Assembly: GCA_963422645.2 (NCBI GenBank)
Contig: CAXXVO010000004.1
Coordinates: forward strand, 160,001 to 224,000
Length of the DNA: 64,000 nt
Direction: 5' to 3'
Origin: Alphaproteobacteria bacterium
Lineage (GTDB): Bacteria; Pseudomonadota; Alphaproteobacteria; UBA828
Shown here: positions 1-9,625 of the stretch, in pieces
Position numbering within the stretch: position 1 is the first letter of the stretch
Layout of the letters: each line of letters opens with the position of its first letter
Position numbers and translations under genes: made by a program
Notes under the pieces: model-generated
What the model saw: only the letters and a program-made list of their open reading frames with translations
Told to the model about the DNA's origin: nothing
Database searches by the model: none

Positions 1-737
1 AGCAGCGTCAGTCCCTCGATATTGGCGGGCACCGCCGCCCAGATGCAGGCCGGCTCGTCGAGGCCGGGGCTGAGCGCCGTCGACAGCGTGAAGAAGTGGC
101 TGATCGCACCGATGCTGCCGCAGGGCTTGGCACCGTAGAGAACGATGCCGTCGGGTCGCTCTTCGACGGCTCGGAGGCGCCCCGGCTTCTCGGCGGCCGG
201 GAGCCGCCGGTCCGCTTGAACGTCCGGAATGAGATCGGTGCTCATCAGGTTGTGTGCGCCGCTCAGCGCCACGAAATTCCGCGCGTTCTGCGCGTACTCG
301 GGATTCTCCCGCTCGATCTTGTCGGCGACGGCGAGGAAGCCGAGCGCCATCATGGAGCCGTAGTCGGGAGGGCGACCAAAAATCCCGAGAGTCTTGAGCG
401 TCATGATGCGGAGCGCCTCATGCTTTCGGCGCAGGTGCTCCTTATCGGTCGGTATCTGCCAGCCGATGGCGTAGCGATCGCCGTCGCCCGGCTCCACATA
501 GGTAAGCCGGTCCCGGACGTCCGGATCGAACTGCAAATCGAAGAGGTCCGCGATGTTGTCCACCGCGCGCGCGAGCTGTGGGTGGGCCGTCACATCCTCG
601 ATGAACTGGCCATTTGCGTCGACGATCCGCCGGCCGTCACGCAGACTCTCCTTGTATTGCTCGCCCGTCATGAGATGGGGCTCGGGCCCCGTCTTTAGCG
701 CCTCCTTCAGCTGGTGCAATCCGACTTCCGTCGCCAT
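1..737 (-). CDS. 4-hydroxyphenylacetate 3-hydroxylase (HpaB)-family flavin monooxygenase oxygenase subunit, partial (runs off window start)
   Basis: Absent from the ORF track; my manual minus-strand translation from ATG 737 gives MATEVG...LMTGEQYKESLRDGRR...DVTAHP...FGRPPDYG...VEERPDGIVLYGAK, typical HpaB N-terminal motifs; GGGAGAG RBS upstream. Confidence 0.75.
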   Translation of the reverse strand, partial: MATEVGLHQLKEALKTGPEPHLMTGEQYKESLRDGRRIVDANGQFIEDVTAHPQLARAVDNIADLFDLQFDPDVRDRLTYVEPGDGDRYAIGWQIPTDKEHLRRKHEALRIMTLKTLGIFGRPPDYGSMMALGFLAVADKIERENPEYAQNARNFVALSGAHNLMSTDLIPDVQADRRLPAAEKPGRLRAVEERPDGIVLYGAKPCGSIGAISHFFTLSTALSPGLDEPACIWAAVPANIEGLTL

Positions 738-1110
738 GGCCGGCTCTCCCTGTGTTGCGCGCGACCGTCGCGCGTGCCGCCGATCAAGTCGACGGAGAGC
801 GATCCCTTAAGTCTCGAACATCCGCCCCGGGGATTCGCGCGCACAAACCCGCGCCGCGGCTCTCCCCGACACGGGGAACTCCCTAGCCGATGCCGGCGGC
901 CATCGGCATCGGTCGATGAAGCGTCGGAGAGGACGCACTCCTGCCGAATACTCCAGCAAGTCCATGACGTTGCCAGCCCCCTTCGGGACTCTGGTCCGGA
1001 ACAGGACTACCCTTCAACAACTTTCGGCCGTTCGCCTCATCCGAACGGCGATGCGAAGGGGGGATGAACCATGGTCGGCTTGTAGTAACTGCCCAGGTTC
1101 TTGCTGTGAA

Positions 1111-1195
1111 AATTCTCTGGGATTCGGCACAACGCTACCCACGCGACGCCCGTGTGCTCCTCTGGGGTCGCCGGGTTTCACAGCTCACGATGCCC
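1111..1195. repeat. 85-bp direct repeat, left copy (IS1634 target duplication)
   Basis: AATTCTCTGG...GATGCCC identical to 3119-3203; single-copy in uninterrupted IS66-A elements. Confidence 0.95.
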
Positions 1196-1317
1196 CCTGA
1201 CTTCGACGGTTGGGCCGGATTTTGGCTGATCTCCCGTCTGGAGTTTTCTGCAAAGACAATGACTTAGAAGTTGCGGTGCGGTCAAGCCGCTTTGTAGTGC
1301 CTAGTAGGTATATGTGG

Positions 1318-1346
1318 TTGTCGATACCCCCGCCGCGCGCTACACT
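1318..1346 (+). promoter_or_regulatory. Putative sigma70 promoter of IS1634 transposase (likely leaderless mRNA)
   Basis: TTGTCG-N17-TACACT; GTG start 7 nt after the -10 box, no Shine-Dalgarno. Confidence 0.5.
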
Positions 1347-1352
1347 TTCCCC

Positions 1353-3008
1353 GTGTTCGTTCGCATCAAGACCACGCCCAACAGCCCGCGACGCTCGGTC
1401 CAGCTCGTCGAGGCCGTGCGCGACGGCGGCAAGGTCCGACAGCGCATCGTTCGCCACATCGGCGTGGCCATGGACGAGGACGAGCTCGAGCGCCTGAGGC
1501 AGCTCGGCGAGTACGTCAAGGCGAAGCTGGAGGACCAGCGCCAGCCTTTGCTGTTTGCGCCCGAGAAGATCGCAGACCAGGTGATCCGCGTCGGACGCCA
1601 GGGCGACGGCAAGCAGGAACTCCCGGTCGATCTCAAGCAACTCGAAGAGGAGCAGCGCCTGATCACTGGCGTCCACGAGGTCTACGGCGAGATGTACCGC
1701 CTGCTGGGCCTCGATGCGCTGCTGCCGCGATCGCGCTACCGGGCCTCGCACGACGCGCTGTTCCACGTGGTGATGGCACGCATCGCCAACCCCGACAGCA
1801 AGCGGGGCAGCGTGCGCCGGCTCGAGGAGGACTTCGGCGTGAGCCTTCCCCTTGAGAAGGTCTACCGCATGATGGACCAACTCGGCGCGACCGTGATCGA
1901 GCGTCTGCGCACGCAGGTGGGCGAGGCGAGCCGATCGCTGCTGCCGGAGCCGGTCGCGCTCCTCTTCTTCGATTGCACCACGCTCTACTTCGAGACCGCG
2001 GTTGAGGACGAGCTTCGCCAGCACGGCTTCAGCAAGGACGGCAAGCACAAGGACTCGCAGGTCCTGCTGGCATTGATGGTGACGCGCGAAGGGCTGCCGA
2101 TCGGCTACGAGGTCTTTCCCGGCGCCACCTACGAGGGGCACAGCCTGGTCCCGGTCTTGCAGGACATGCAGCGCCGCCACCAGGTGGAGCGCACGGTGTG
2201 CGTGGCCGACCGGGGCATGCTGAGCGCCGACAACCTCGACGCCATGGACACGATCGGCGGCGAGTACGTCGTCGGCGCGCGGCTGCGCAAGCTGCCGCTC
2301 GCGCTGCGGAAGCAGATTCTCGACCCGGGCACCTATGCCCCGCTGGAGGGCCCGGAGAAGCGCCGGGTCGGCGAATGGGAGCACAAGGGCCGGCGCCTGA
2401 TCGTCGTCTTCTGCCCCGTGCGCGCGCGCACGGACGCACACGAGCGCCGCAAGCAGGTGGAGCGCCTGCTCGACAGGCTGGCCCGCAGCGACAATCCGAA
2501 GGAGCTGCTCTCCAATCACGGGGCGAAGCGCTTCATCGCCGTCGAGGGCGAAGCCCGGCTCACGGTGAACCCGGAGAAGATCGCCGAGGCCGAGCGATGG
2601 GACGGGCTCGCCGGCGTCATCACCAATCTGCGCGACGCCAGCGTCACCGAAGTGATGTCTCACTACCACGGGCTCTGGCAGGTCGAGGAGAGCTTCCGGA
2701 TCACCAAGCACGACCTGCGGGTGCGCCCCATCTGGCACTGGAACCCGGACCGGATCCGCGCCCACATCGCCATCGCCTTCATGGCCTTCGCCTGCGTCCG
2801 CCACCTCGCCTACCGCGTCGCCATCCAGAAGCGGCGGATGTCCCCGGAAGTCATCCGCTCCGCCCTCGTCCACCGCCAATGCTCGGTCCTGCGCTGCCGC
2901 CAATCAGGCAACCGCTACGTCATCCCCTCCAAGCCGACACCGGCGGCGGAACAGATCTATGCGACCATGGGGCTGCCCCTGACGATCACCCCGTACCAGC
3001 TCGACTGA
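1353..3008 (+). CDS. IS1634-family DDE transposase
   Basis: LFFDCTTLYFE, GFSKDGK, VADRGM, YHGLWQVEESFRITKHDLRVRPIWHW motifs; start placed at GTG 1353 (MFVRIK). Confidence 0.93.
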   Translation: MFVRIKTTPNSPRRSVQLVEAVRDGGKVRQRIVRHIGVAMDEDELERLRQLGEYVKAKLEDQRQPLLFAPEKIADQVIRVGRQGDGKQELPVDLKQLEEEQRLITGVHEVYGEMYRLLGLDALLPRSRYRASHDALFHVVMARIANPDSKRGSVRRLEEDFGVSLPLEKVYRMMDQLGATVIERLRTQVGEASRSLLPEPVALLFFDCTTLYFETAVEDELRQHGFSKDGKHKDSQVLLALMVTREGLPIGYEVFPGATYEGHSLVPVLQDMQRRHQVERTVCVADRGMLSADNLDAMDTIGGEYVVGARLRKLPLALRKQILDPGTYAPLEGPEKRRVGEWEHKGRRLIVVFCPVRARTDAHERRKQVERLLDRLARSDNPKELLSNHGAKRFIAVEGEARLTVNPEKIAEAERWDGLAGVITNLRDASVTEVMSHYHGLWQVEESFRITKHDLRVRPIWHWNPDRIRAHIAIAFMAFACVRHLAYRVAIQKRRMSPEVIRSALVHRQCSVLRCRQSGNRYVIPSKPTPAAEQIYATMGLPLTITPYQLD

Positions 3009-3118
3009 CCGCCGACGAAACCCGGCCCGGTCTCGCAGCGCCGCCGGATGTAGTGCCTGGCCGGAAATGAGAACCGGCCAATTTCAAATACTTACGCGAA
3101 TCAACCGTCGAAGTCAGG

Positions 3119-3203
3119 AATTCTCTGGGATTCGGCACAACGCTACCCACGCGACGCCCGTGTGCTCCTCTGGGGTCGCCGGGTTTCACAGCTCACGATG
3201 CCC
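3119..3203. repeat. 85-bp direct repeat, right copy
   Basis: Identical to 1111-1195. Confidence 0.95.
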
Positions 3204-3360
3204 CTCTTGCGGACTGCGACCGGTAAGCTACCCCGATGTGGCCCGAAGTCCGCCCGCGCGACGGGCACCGATTTTCATTCTATGGGGTGGTCCAGCACGG
3301 CGTCGACCATGATCGTTTATGAGAATGGCTCCGCTGTTGGAGAACCCGTGCCAGGTGAGC

Positions 3361-4857
3361 TTACGCGCACTTGACGGTGGCGATGAGCCGATCCGATGGG
3401 CTGGTCAGGGCTTCGATGATATTCCAGCCCTGCTTTCTGGCGGTGGTGATGACGCTGCGCAGGATGGCGAAGTTCTCGGCCCCCTGCGCGGACCGGAAGC
3501 CCCCGGAGATCTTCTGGCGCAGCTTCATCATCCGAAGGTCGCGCTCGGCCTCGTTGTTCGTGAACCCGACCTCGAGGTCGATCAGGAACCGGAGCACCGC
3601 GCATTTGTGGTCGCGCAGCCTCAAGGCCAGATTGTGACCGATCCTTCGCTTCCGGCGCTTCTTCCTCTTGCCAGGCGAGAACGGTGGTTGGCTCTCGTGA
3701 AAGGCCAGCGCATCGGCGATGATCTCGTCGTATCGGCGCTCGATCAGCGCCACAAGCCTCGCCGGAACGGCGATATCCTTGTCCAGCGCGATGCGGGCGG
3801 CGCGATTGGCTCGGCGCAGGAGCTGCTGCATCCGCCGGGCCCAAGCCTCCCCTTCGATGTCCACCAGCGCCTGCAACTCCCGCAGGTGATGGGCGTTGCA
3901 CAGGCCGTGCTCCACCCCTTCCATCGCGAAGTACGGCTTCCAGTGATCGTGCACGACGATGCCGGAGACACCCGAGAGCAGGGCGCCGCGCTTGCCGCTG
4001 ACCCGGTACGCCGCCAGCAGCGGCGTGCAGATCACATGAAGCCACTGCGTCTGACCGCCGATCCGCAAGCCGGTCTCGTCCATGTGTTTCACCCGCGCCG
4101 TGCCCGCCGCCAGGTCCTGTATGTGCAAGGCCGCGTCCCGCAGCCGCTCGGCCGCCCTCTCGCTCATCGTCGCCAACGTCGCAGCCGTCACCGGCGCGCC
4201 GAAGAGCTCGGCCATCACCTGCGACAGCCGATCCTCCGGCAGGAAGTGAGCGTGCTGAAGGTAGACCGCCACCCCGGCAATGCGCGGGCCGTACTGCACC
4301 GGCGCCGACACCCCGTCGGGGAACGCCGCCCGGGTCACCGTCCCGCAATGCCCGCAGCACTTGGCATGCGCCCGGTGCTCGGTCACCTCCAGGGGGCTCG
4401 GCTCGGGCAGATCGAACACCTGGCGGGCGACGGGCGTTCCCGCCCTGGCCGCGTCCGAAAGCGGCGAACCGCATCCCTTGCAGGAAGCCGGGACGTGATC
4501 CTTCACCCGATCCGGGTGATCGGCGCGGCGCAGCGTCTTGCCCTTGTGGCCGGGCTGGCCACCGGGCTTGCGGCCCGATTTGCCGCGCAGGCTTCGGGTT
4601 CGCCGCTTCGAATTCGGCTTCCTCAGCCCATCGCTCGAAGGCGGCTTGCCGCTGTTGAGGCCGAGACGGCGCTCCAACTCCTCGATGCGCTCGACGAGAC
4701 GCGCGACTTGCTCTTCCAGCCGCGCGTTCTGCTGCCGAAGCCAGGCATTTTCCTCCCGAAGCCGGGCGTTCTCCTCCTCCAGGCGGGCGATCTTCTGCGC
4801 GGGCGTTTCGGGCGCTGCTCCCGTCGAAGGGCCGCGCGGCGACTCGGGATTGCTCAT
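3361..4857 (-). CDS. IS66-family transposase, copy 1 (498 aa, 3-aa in-frame deletion)
   Basis: Coiled-coil N-terminus, SKPPSSDG-like motif, KPGGQPGHKG, Cys zinc ribbon, HMDETG, LCNAHHLREL, FTNNEAERDLR. Confidence 0.95.
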   Translation of the reverse strand: MSNPESPRGPSTGAAPETPAQKIARLEEENARLREENAWLRQQNARLEEQVARLVERIEELERRLGLNSGKPPSSDGLRKPNSKRRTRSLRGKSGRKPGGQPGHKGKTLRRADHPDRVKDHVPASCKGCGSPLSDAARAGTPVARQVFDLPEPSPLEVTEHRAHAKCCGHCGTVTRAAFPDGVSAPVQYGPRIAGVAVYLQHAHFLPEDRLSQVMAELFGAPVTAATLATMSERAAERLRDAALHIQDLAAGTARVKHMDETGLRIGGQTQWLHVICTPLLAAYRVSGKRGALLSGVSGIVVHDHWKPYFAMEGVEHGLCNAHHLRELQALVDIEGEAWARRMQQLLRRANRAARIALDKDIAVPARLVALIERRYDEIIADALAFHESQPPFSPGKRKKRRKRRIGHNLALRLRDHKCAVLRFLIDLEVGFTNNEAERDLRMMKLRQKISGGFRSAQGAENFAILRSVITTARKQGWNIIEALTSPSDRLIATVKCA

Positions 4858-5036
4858 GTCGTTGTTGAGTCATTTCCCGAAATTCCCGTCAAGCCCTTTC
4901 CACCAACTCCGAACGAGAAACGCCTCAATCCACTGGCCCAAAATGACAAATCGTAACTACCCAGGTACCCCAATCCTGAGTTGAGGACGGTGATTATGGC
5001 GGCGGCCGCGGCCTGGTTCTGCCACCGCGATTGGTT

Positions 5037-5096
5037 CTTGACCTCATAGAGTTGCGGGACTATGGACTGCTCTCTCGCGTGACGGGAGCGGTCCAT
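5037..5096 (+). promoter_or_regulatory. Putative promoter plus RBS-occluding hairpin for the MTase-transposase unit
   Basis: CTTGAC-N17-CTATGG resembles the alphaproteobacterial RpoD consensus; 5062-5074 pairs with 5084-5096 (13 bp, 2 G-U), covering GGGAG and the AT of the ATG. Confidence 0.55.
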
Positions 5097-5760
5097 GGGG
5101 TATTTCGGCTCGAAGGCGACAGCAGGTCTGTGCCAAGCGCTGATTGCGCTGATGCCGCCGCACTCCGTCTACATCGAAAGCCACCTTGGGGGCGGGGCGC
5201 TGACGAAGCGCAAGCCGCCGGCCGTGCGTTCGATCGGCATCGACCGCGATGCGCAGGCGCTCGAGGCCTTCGTCTGCGACTACCCGGTCGATCTGGTTCA
5301 CGGCTGTGCCCATGACTTCCTGGCCTCGTTCCCGTTCCTGGGCCCGGAGCTGGTTTACAGCGATCCGCCCTATCTGCACGCGACCCGCCGCTCGGCGCAG
5401 CGCTACCGCTTCGAGTACGAGGAGGCCGGCCACGTCGCGCTTCTCGCGCTGCTCAAGGCTCTGCCCTGCCAGGTCATGATCTCGGGCCATCCGTCGGCGC
5501 TCTATGACGAGGTGCTGGCGGGATGGCGCCGGCTGGCGCTGCAGGTCACGACCCAGGGTCTGGTGCGAACCGAGGTCGTCTGGTTCAACTACGCCCCCGA
5601 CCGGATGCATTGGGCCAGCCACGCAGGCCGGAACTTCACCGACCGCCAGCGCATCAAGCGCAAGGCAGCCAACTGGGGCCGGCGCTACCAGGCCTTGCCG
5701 CCGGGCGAACGCCTCGCCGTGCTCGCCGCCATGATGGCCGTCGAGGCCGAAGACACGTGA
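5095..5760 (+). CDS. Compact N6-adenine DNA methyltransferase (Dam/D12-class-like)
   Basis: YFGSK (motif X), YIESHLGGGA (motif I, SAM binding), LVYSDPPY (catalytic motif IV), MISG. Confidence 0.85.
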   Translation: MGYFGSKATAGLCQALIALMPPHSVYIESHLGGGALTKRKPPAVRSIGIDRDAQALEAFVCDYPVDLVHGCAHDFLASFPFLGPELVYSDPPYLHATRRSAQRYRFEYEEAGHVALLALLKALPCQVMISGHPSALYDEVLAGWRRLALQVTTQGLVRTEVVWFNYAPDRMHWASHAGRNFTDRQRIKRKAANWGRRYQALPPGERLAVLAAMMAVEAEDT

Positions 5761-7025
5761 CGGTGTCGCACTGGCACGAAGACCTCGCCGCCCGTAACGA
5801 GGCCTTCTGCTGCCTGAAGGAGCTTCTCGAGCCATCATCCCTCGCAACCACTGTCGTCGTTGCCGTCCGGGAATGGGGGCAGGGGCTGCTGCGATCAGCC
5901 ACCGCGCTCGCCCGGGAAAATGCCGCACTCGAGCAGGAGAACGCGGCCCTGCGCGAGCGCATCGCCGAACTCGAGCGCAGCGCGGCCCTCAACAGCACCA
6001 CAAGCAGCAAGCCCCCCGCCAGCGACGGGCTCAAGAAGAAAAGCGGAGCCCAGAGGCGCACCCAAAGCCAGCGCGGAAAGTCCGGCGGGCCCAGTGGCGG
6101 CCAGCCCGGCCACAAGGGAACCACCCTCGCGCGGAGCGACAGCCCGGACCGTGTCGTCGATCACCACCCCTCCACCTGTTCCGGCTGTGGCGTCGAGCTC
6201 TCGGACGCCGACCGGCAAGGCGCGCCCGCCTGTCGGCAGGTCTTCGACGTACCCGAGCCGCAGCCTCTCGAGGTCACCGAACACCGCGCCCATCGCTGCC
6301 TCTGCGGCGCATGCGGCACGCTGACACGAGCCGCCTTCCCGCCGGGCGTCACCGCCCCGGTCCAGTACGGCCCTCGCATCACCGCTTGGGTGAGTTACCT
6401 GCTGTACGCCCAGTTCGTGCCCGAGAAGCGTCTGGCCGAACTCATGAGCGACATCTTCGCGGTGTCCATCTCCACTGCCACGATCGCCGCCATGGGCCGG
6501 CGCACAGCGCAGCGCTTCGAGGGCTTCCTCGACCATGTCGCCGATCTGATCCGCACGCAGGCGCCGGTCAAGCACCTCGACGAGACCGGCCTGCGTATCG
6601 CCGCCCGTACCCGCTGGCTCCATGTGCTGTGCACCCCGTTGCTCACCGTCCTGCGCATCGGCGAGGGACGCGGCGATGTCGAAAAGAACCTGAAAGGCAT
6701 CCTCGTCCACGACGACTTCGCCCCCTACTTCACCATCAAGGGCGTCCGCCACGGCGCCTGCAACGCACATCACCTGCGCGAACTCCAGGCCCTGATCGAC
6801 ATCGAGAAGGAGGAATGGGCGGCGAGCATGCACCGCCTGCTTCAGCGCGCGCGCAGGGCCGCCCGCTTCGCCCGTGAGAAAGACCGTCAAGTCCCCGCCT
6901 CCCTGGTGGCCCGCATCTCAAGGGCATGGGACCGTATCCTCGAAGAAGCCATCGCCTTCCATGAGGCCCAACCGCCGCTCCAGATCGCAAAGCGAGGGCG
7001 AAAGAAACGCCGCATCGGCCACAAC
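5757..7025 (+). pseudogene. IS66-B transposase, 5' part
   Basis: GTG overlaps the MTase stop (GTGA); LNSTTSSKPPASDG, GGQPGHKG, HLDETG, CNAHHLREL; ends at RRIGHN at the IR of the inserted element. Confidence 0.9.
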
Positions 7026-9542
7026 CTCAGACTTCCTGACCTCTGCTGATTTTAGGTGACACGAGCCGCGCGGATTCCGAGGCCCCGTCGATGTCGTAGA
7101 CTATGCGCAGACGGGTGCCGGGGAAGACCGTTTCGGTGGCGTTCAGGTCGCTCAGAACCGCATCGATCCAACGGTCGCAGGCGTCGTTTGCGAGGCCAAG
7201 AATGTGGACCCGCAGGAGGCCATTGCCAGGATCCGGCAGGATGTCGGCATCGGCGGTGAGCAGCGCTTGAAGCAGTTTCCGGGGATGGGGCTTGTGGCCC
7301 TGCGCCTGCATGACGGGAAGCATCATGCGGGTTTCGGCGCGGTAGGCGATCATCCGGATGACGTCGAGGAGGAGGCGCTCGCGCGCGGGCAAGGCATCGA
7401 GCTGCTCGGCTTCGTCGAGGTCGCCGGCCCGGCAGTGCTTGGGCGTCTCCCTGCGGCTGGCCCTGACGATGTCGCGGACATCCTGGAGGTCCCTGACTTC
7501 CCTCCTGAGTTCCGCCGTCGGCTGCTTCTTCCGGGCCGTGTCGGCGATGCGGTTGCGCAGGCGGCCAAGCTGGCGGTCGAGGCGATGGATTGCCTTGTCA
7601 TAGGCCCGCCGCAGCGGGTTGACGACCATGGCGGCGGGATCGAGAGGCTCGAGCTCGTGGGTCGGCAGGGCGTCGAGATTGAACTCGTCACGCATGTACT
7701 TGAAGAAGTTCTCCTGCGACCAGCGCGAGAACATGGCGCCCGCAACCTCAGCCATCGGCTTGTGCGGATCGGTGGTGATCAGCGGCACCTGACGGCCGTT
7801 GTCGAGCAGGCGGCGGATCTGGCGCACCCTGAAGCCGTTCGGCAACGTCACCGGCTTCTCAGCCAGCCGCATGGTGGCGCTGCCGTCCGCCGCCGGTCCG
7901 TGAATGGGAACGGTCATCGCGCCGAAGTCCTCGGCCGGCCAGTCCTCGCCCCTGAAGTTCTTGTGCCAGGTCAGGCAGGCGACGCCGCGCCTCGCCAGCC
8001 GGCGGAACAGATCCGGGCTCCAGCCCTCGCGGTCGAAGACCAGGGTGAGCGCCGGCTGGCCGGGATGCTCGGCGGTCAGGTCCGGCGCCCCGGCGCCAAC
8101 GATCCCAAGCTCCTGCAGCGCCGGCACCACGTCGGCTTCGATGGCCGCGACCATCTTCGGGTCCAGCGGCTTGTGCAGACAGAGCAGCGGCTTGCCGCCC
8201 AGAGCGTTGATCCAGTAGCTGGCGCTCGCCGGCAGGCACAGCTTCTCGCGCGAGACGAAGTGCTTGGGCAAGCGCCCCTTGCGGCCGGAGTAGACCTTGA
8301 CGTGCCCGTCGATGGCCAGCGTCGCCCAGAGCTCCGGCTCGTCGGCGCCTGCCAGCGCCTGGCAAGGGCGAGCTGCCACGCCCGCACGCCGGCCTCGTCG
8401 TCGGCGATGAGAGCGATCTTGCGGCGCAGCGTCTTGACCTCGGGGCAGCGATCGAGGCCGAGAATGGCGCCCCATTCGCCCGGCGCCTGGTAGCGCAGGC
8501 TCTCGGGGTTGCGCACCCGCGCCAAGGTCATGAAGGCCAGGAAGAGCAGGATCGTAGGCAAGCCGTAATAGCCCTTCGGCAGCAATGGCAGGAGACCGGT
8601 CTCGGAGAGAAGACCTTCCTTCAGCAGGGCCGGCAGGGCGGCGAGCACGCCGCCGAAGCGGACACCGCGGGCGGCGGCGGCGAACTGCGGTTCGACCGGC
8701 CCCGCCTGTCCACAACTGGCCAGAACCCGAGCCGGAACATCGCAAGTCGCACGCCCCATCGGCGCCTGCCGGTCCCGCCGATCGCGCGCGCTGCGATCCG
8801 TTTGCGGCTGCGCTTCCAGCCCCGGCGCCGTCTCCGGCCCCGGGGCACCGGTACTCTCTTCATCGACACGGCCTTCAGGAGCCGCACCCGCGTCAGGCGG
8901 CGCAGCCAGCGCTGAGCGTCCGGGCTCCCCATCCGCCTCCGTGTTGCCGATCAGTCCCTGACGGCGCCACTTGTTGACCGATGGCGCTGACACGCCGAGA
9001 ACCCGGGCCGCCGCAGAGCCGCTCAGGCCCGATGCCAGCAACGCCGTCGCCTTCTCCGCCAACTCCGGAGTGAACACCGACGGCCCGCGACCGCGCCGGG
9101 GCTTCATGAACCCCGCTTCGCCCTCGGCCAGGTAGCGCCGTCGTGCGCGCTGCACCGTCGCGCGCGAGACAGCGAAAGCGTCAGCCAGTTCCTGCGGCGA
9201 GACCGCGCTGATCGCCGCGAGGCGGCCGATCCGCAAGAGCATGGCCGTGCGGTCATCGGCGGCGTGGCTGTCAAAGGGAATGAGGTTGGAAAAGTAGGTG
9301 AAGGTGTCGTCCGAGATCAGGACGGCGAAGCAGCTGTTGCCGATCGAGACCGCCTCTGGAGGGCACATTGGGAGGGTACTGGGCATGGTTGAGACCGTGC
9401 AATTGGTATCAAATTATAATATCAGACCTCGGGCGCGACACCCAGCGAAAAACCGCCTGAAACAACCGAAATGTATCAGAATTCAAGGAGTTCCCGGCAC
9501 GCTGCCCAGAACAGCCAGCATCACGAGGTCAGGAAGTCTGAG
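7026..9542 (-). mobile_element. Unclassified 2.5-kb insertion sequence
   Basis: Perfect 18-bp IRs CTCAGACTTCCTGACCTC / GAGGTCAGGAAGTCTGAG; the same end recurs at 61011-61199; no TSD. Confidence 0.88.
7027..9386 (-). pseudogene. Large (~780 aa) putative DDE transposase with N-terminal HTHs, frameshifted near 8350
   Basis: ORF 8076..9386 gives two HTH-like segments; ORF 7027..8745 continues with LAIDGHVKVY, LVFDREGWSP, MFSRWSQENFFKY (D, D, E); stop lies within the IR. Confidence 0.8.
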
Positions 9543-9625
9543 GATATCGCCGTTCCGGCGAGGCTTGTGGCGCTGATCGAGCGCCGATACGACGAGATCA
9601 TCGCCGATGCGCTGGCCTTTCACGA
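9543..9625 (+). repeat. 83-bp fragment of the IS66-A transposase gene embedded in IS66-B
   Basis: Reverse complement of 3695-3777 (encodes DIAVPARLVALIERRYDEIIADALAFH). Confidence 0.92.

Larger units (their letters stand above)
1196..3118 (+). mobile_element. IS1634-family insertion sequence
   Basis: Perfect 17-bp IRs CCTGACTTCGACGGTTG / CAACCGTCGAAGTCAGG, one transposase ORF, long flanking direct repeat. Confidence 0.93.

Noticed and set aside
805-915. Hairpin-rich leader of the hpaB-like gene, superficially like a TPP or guanidine riboswitch
   Set aside because: Conserved cores (CUGAGA and CUGAU for TPP; GGGUUCCG and ACAAAAGCCCG for guanidine-I) are missing; only generic stems are present.
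1021-1050. Hammerhead-like string on the minus strand (CGGAUGA-GGC..GCC-GAAA)
   Set aside because: Core U4 is G, stems I and III cannot be formed convincingly, and a competing 8-bp hairpin explains the sequence.
807-1083. Open minus-strand frame cut by the IS66-A end
   Set aside because: No recognisable motifs; cannot be supported as a gene remnant.
5095-5760. MTase as part of a restriction-modification system
   Set aside because: No endonuclease or specificity subunit inside or near the element.
8340-8360. Programmed frameshift in the large transposase
   Set aside because: No slippery heptamer or A-run at the frame change; mutation or sequencing error is more likely.
9541-9625. IS66-A fragment can be counted as 85 bp, equal to the IS1634 duplication length
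   Set aside because: Two bases belong to the IR and the right edge is ambiguous; different element, treated as coincidence.
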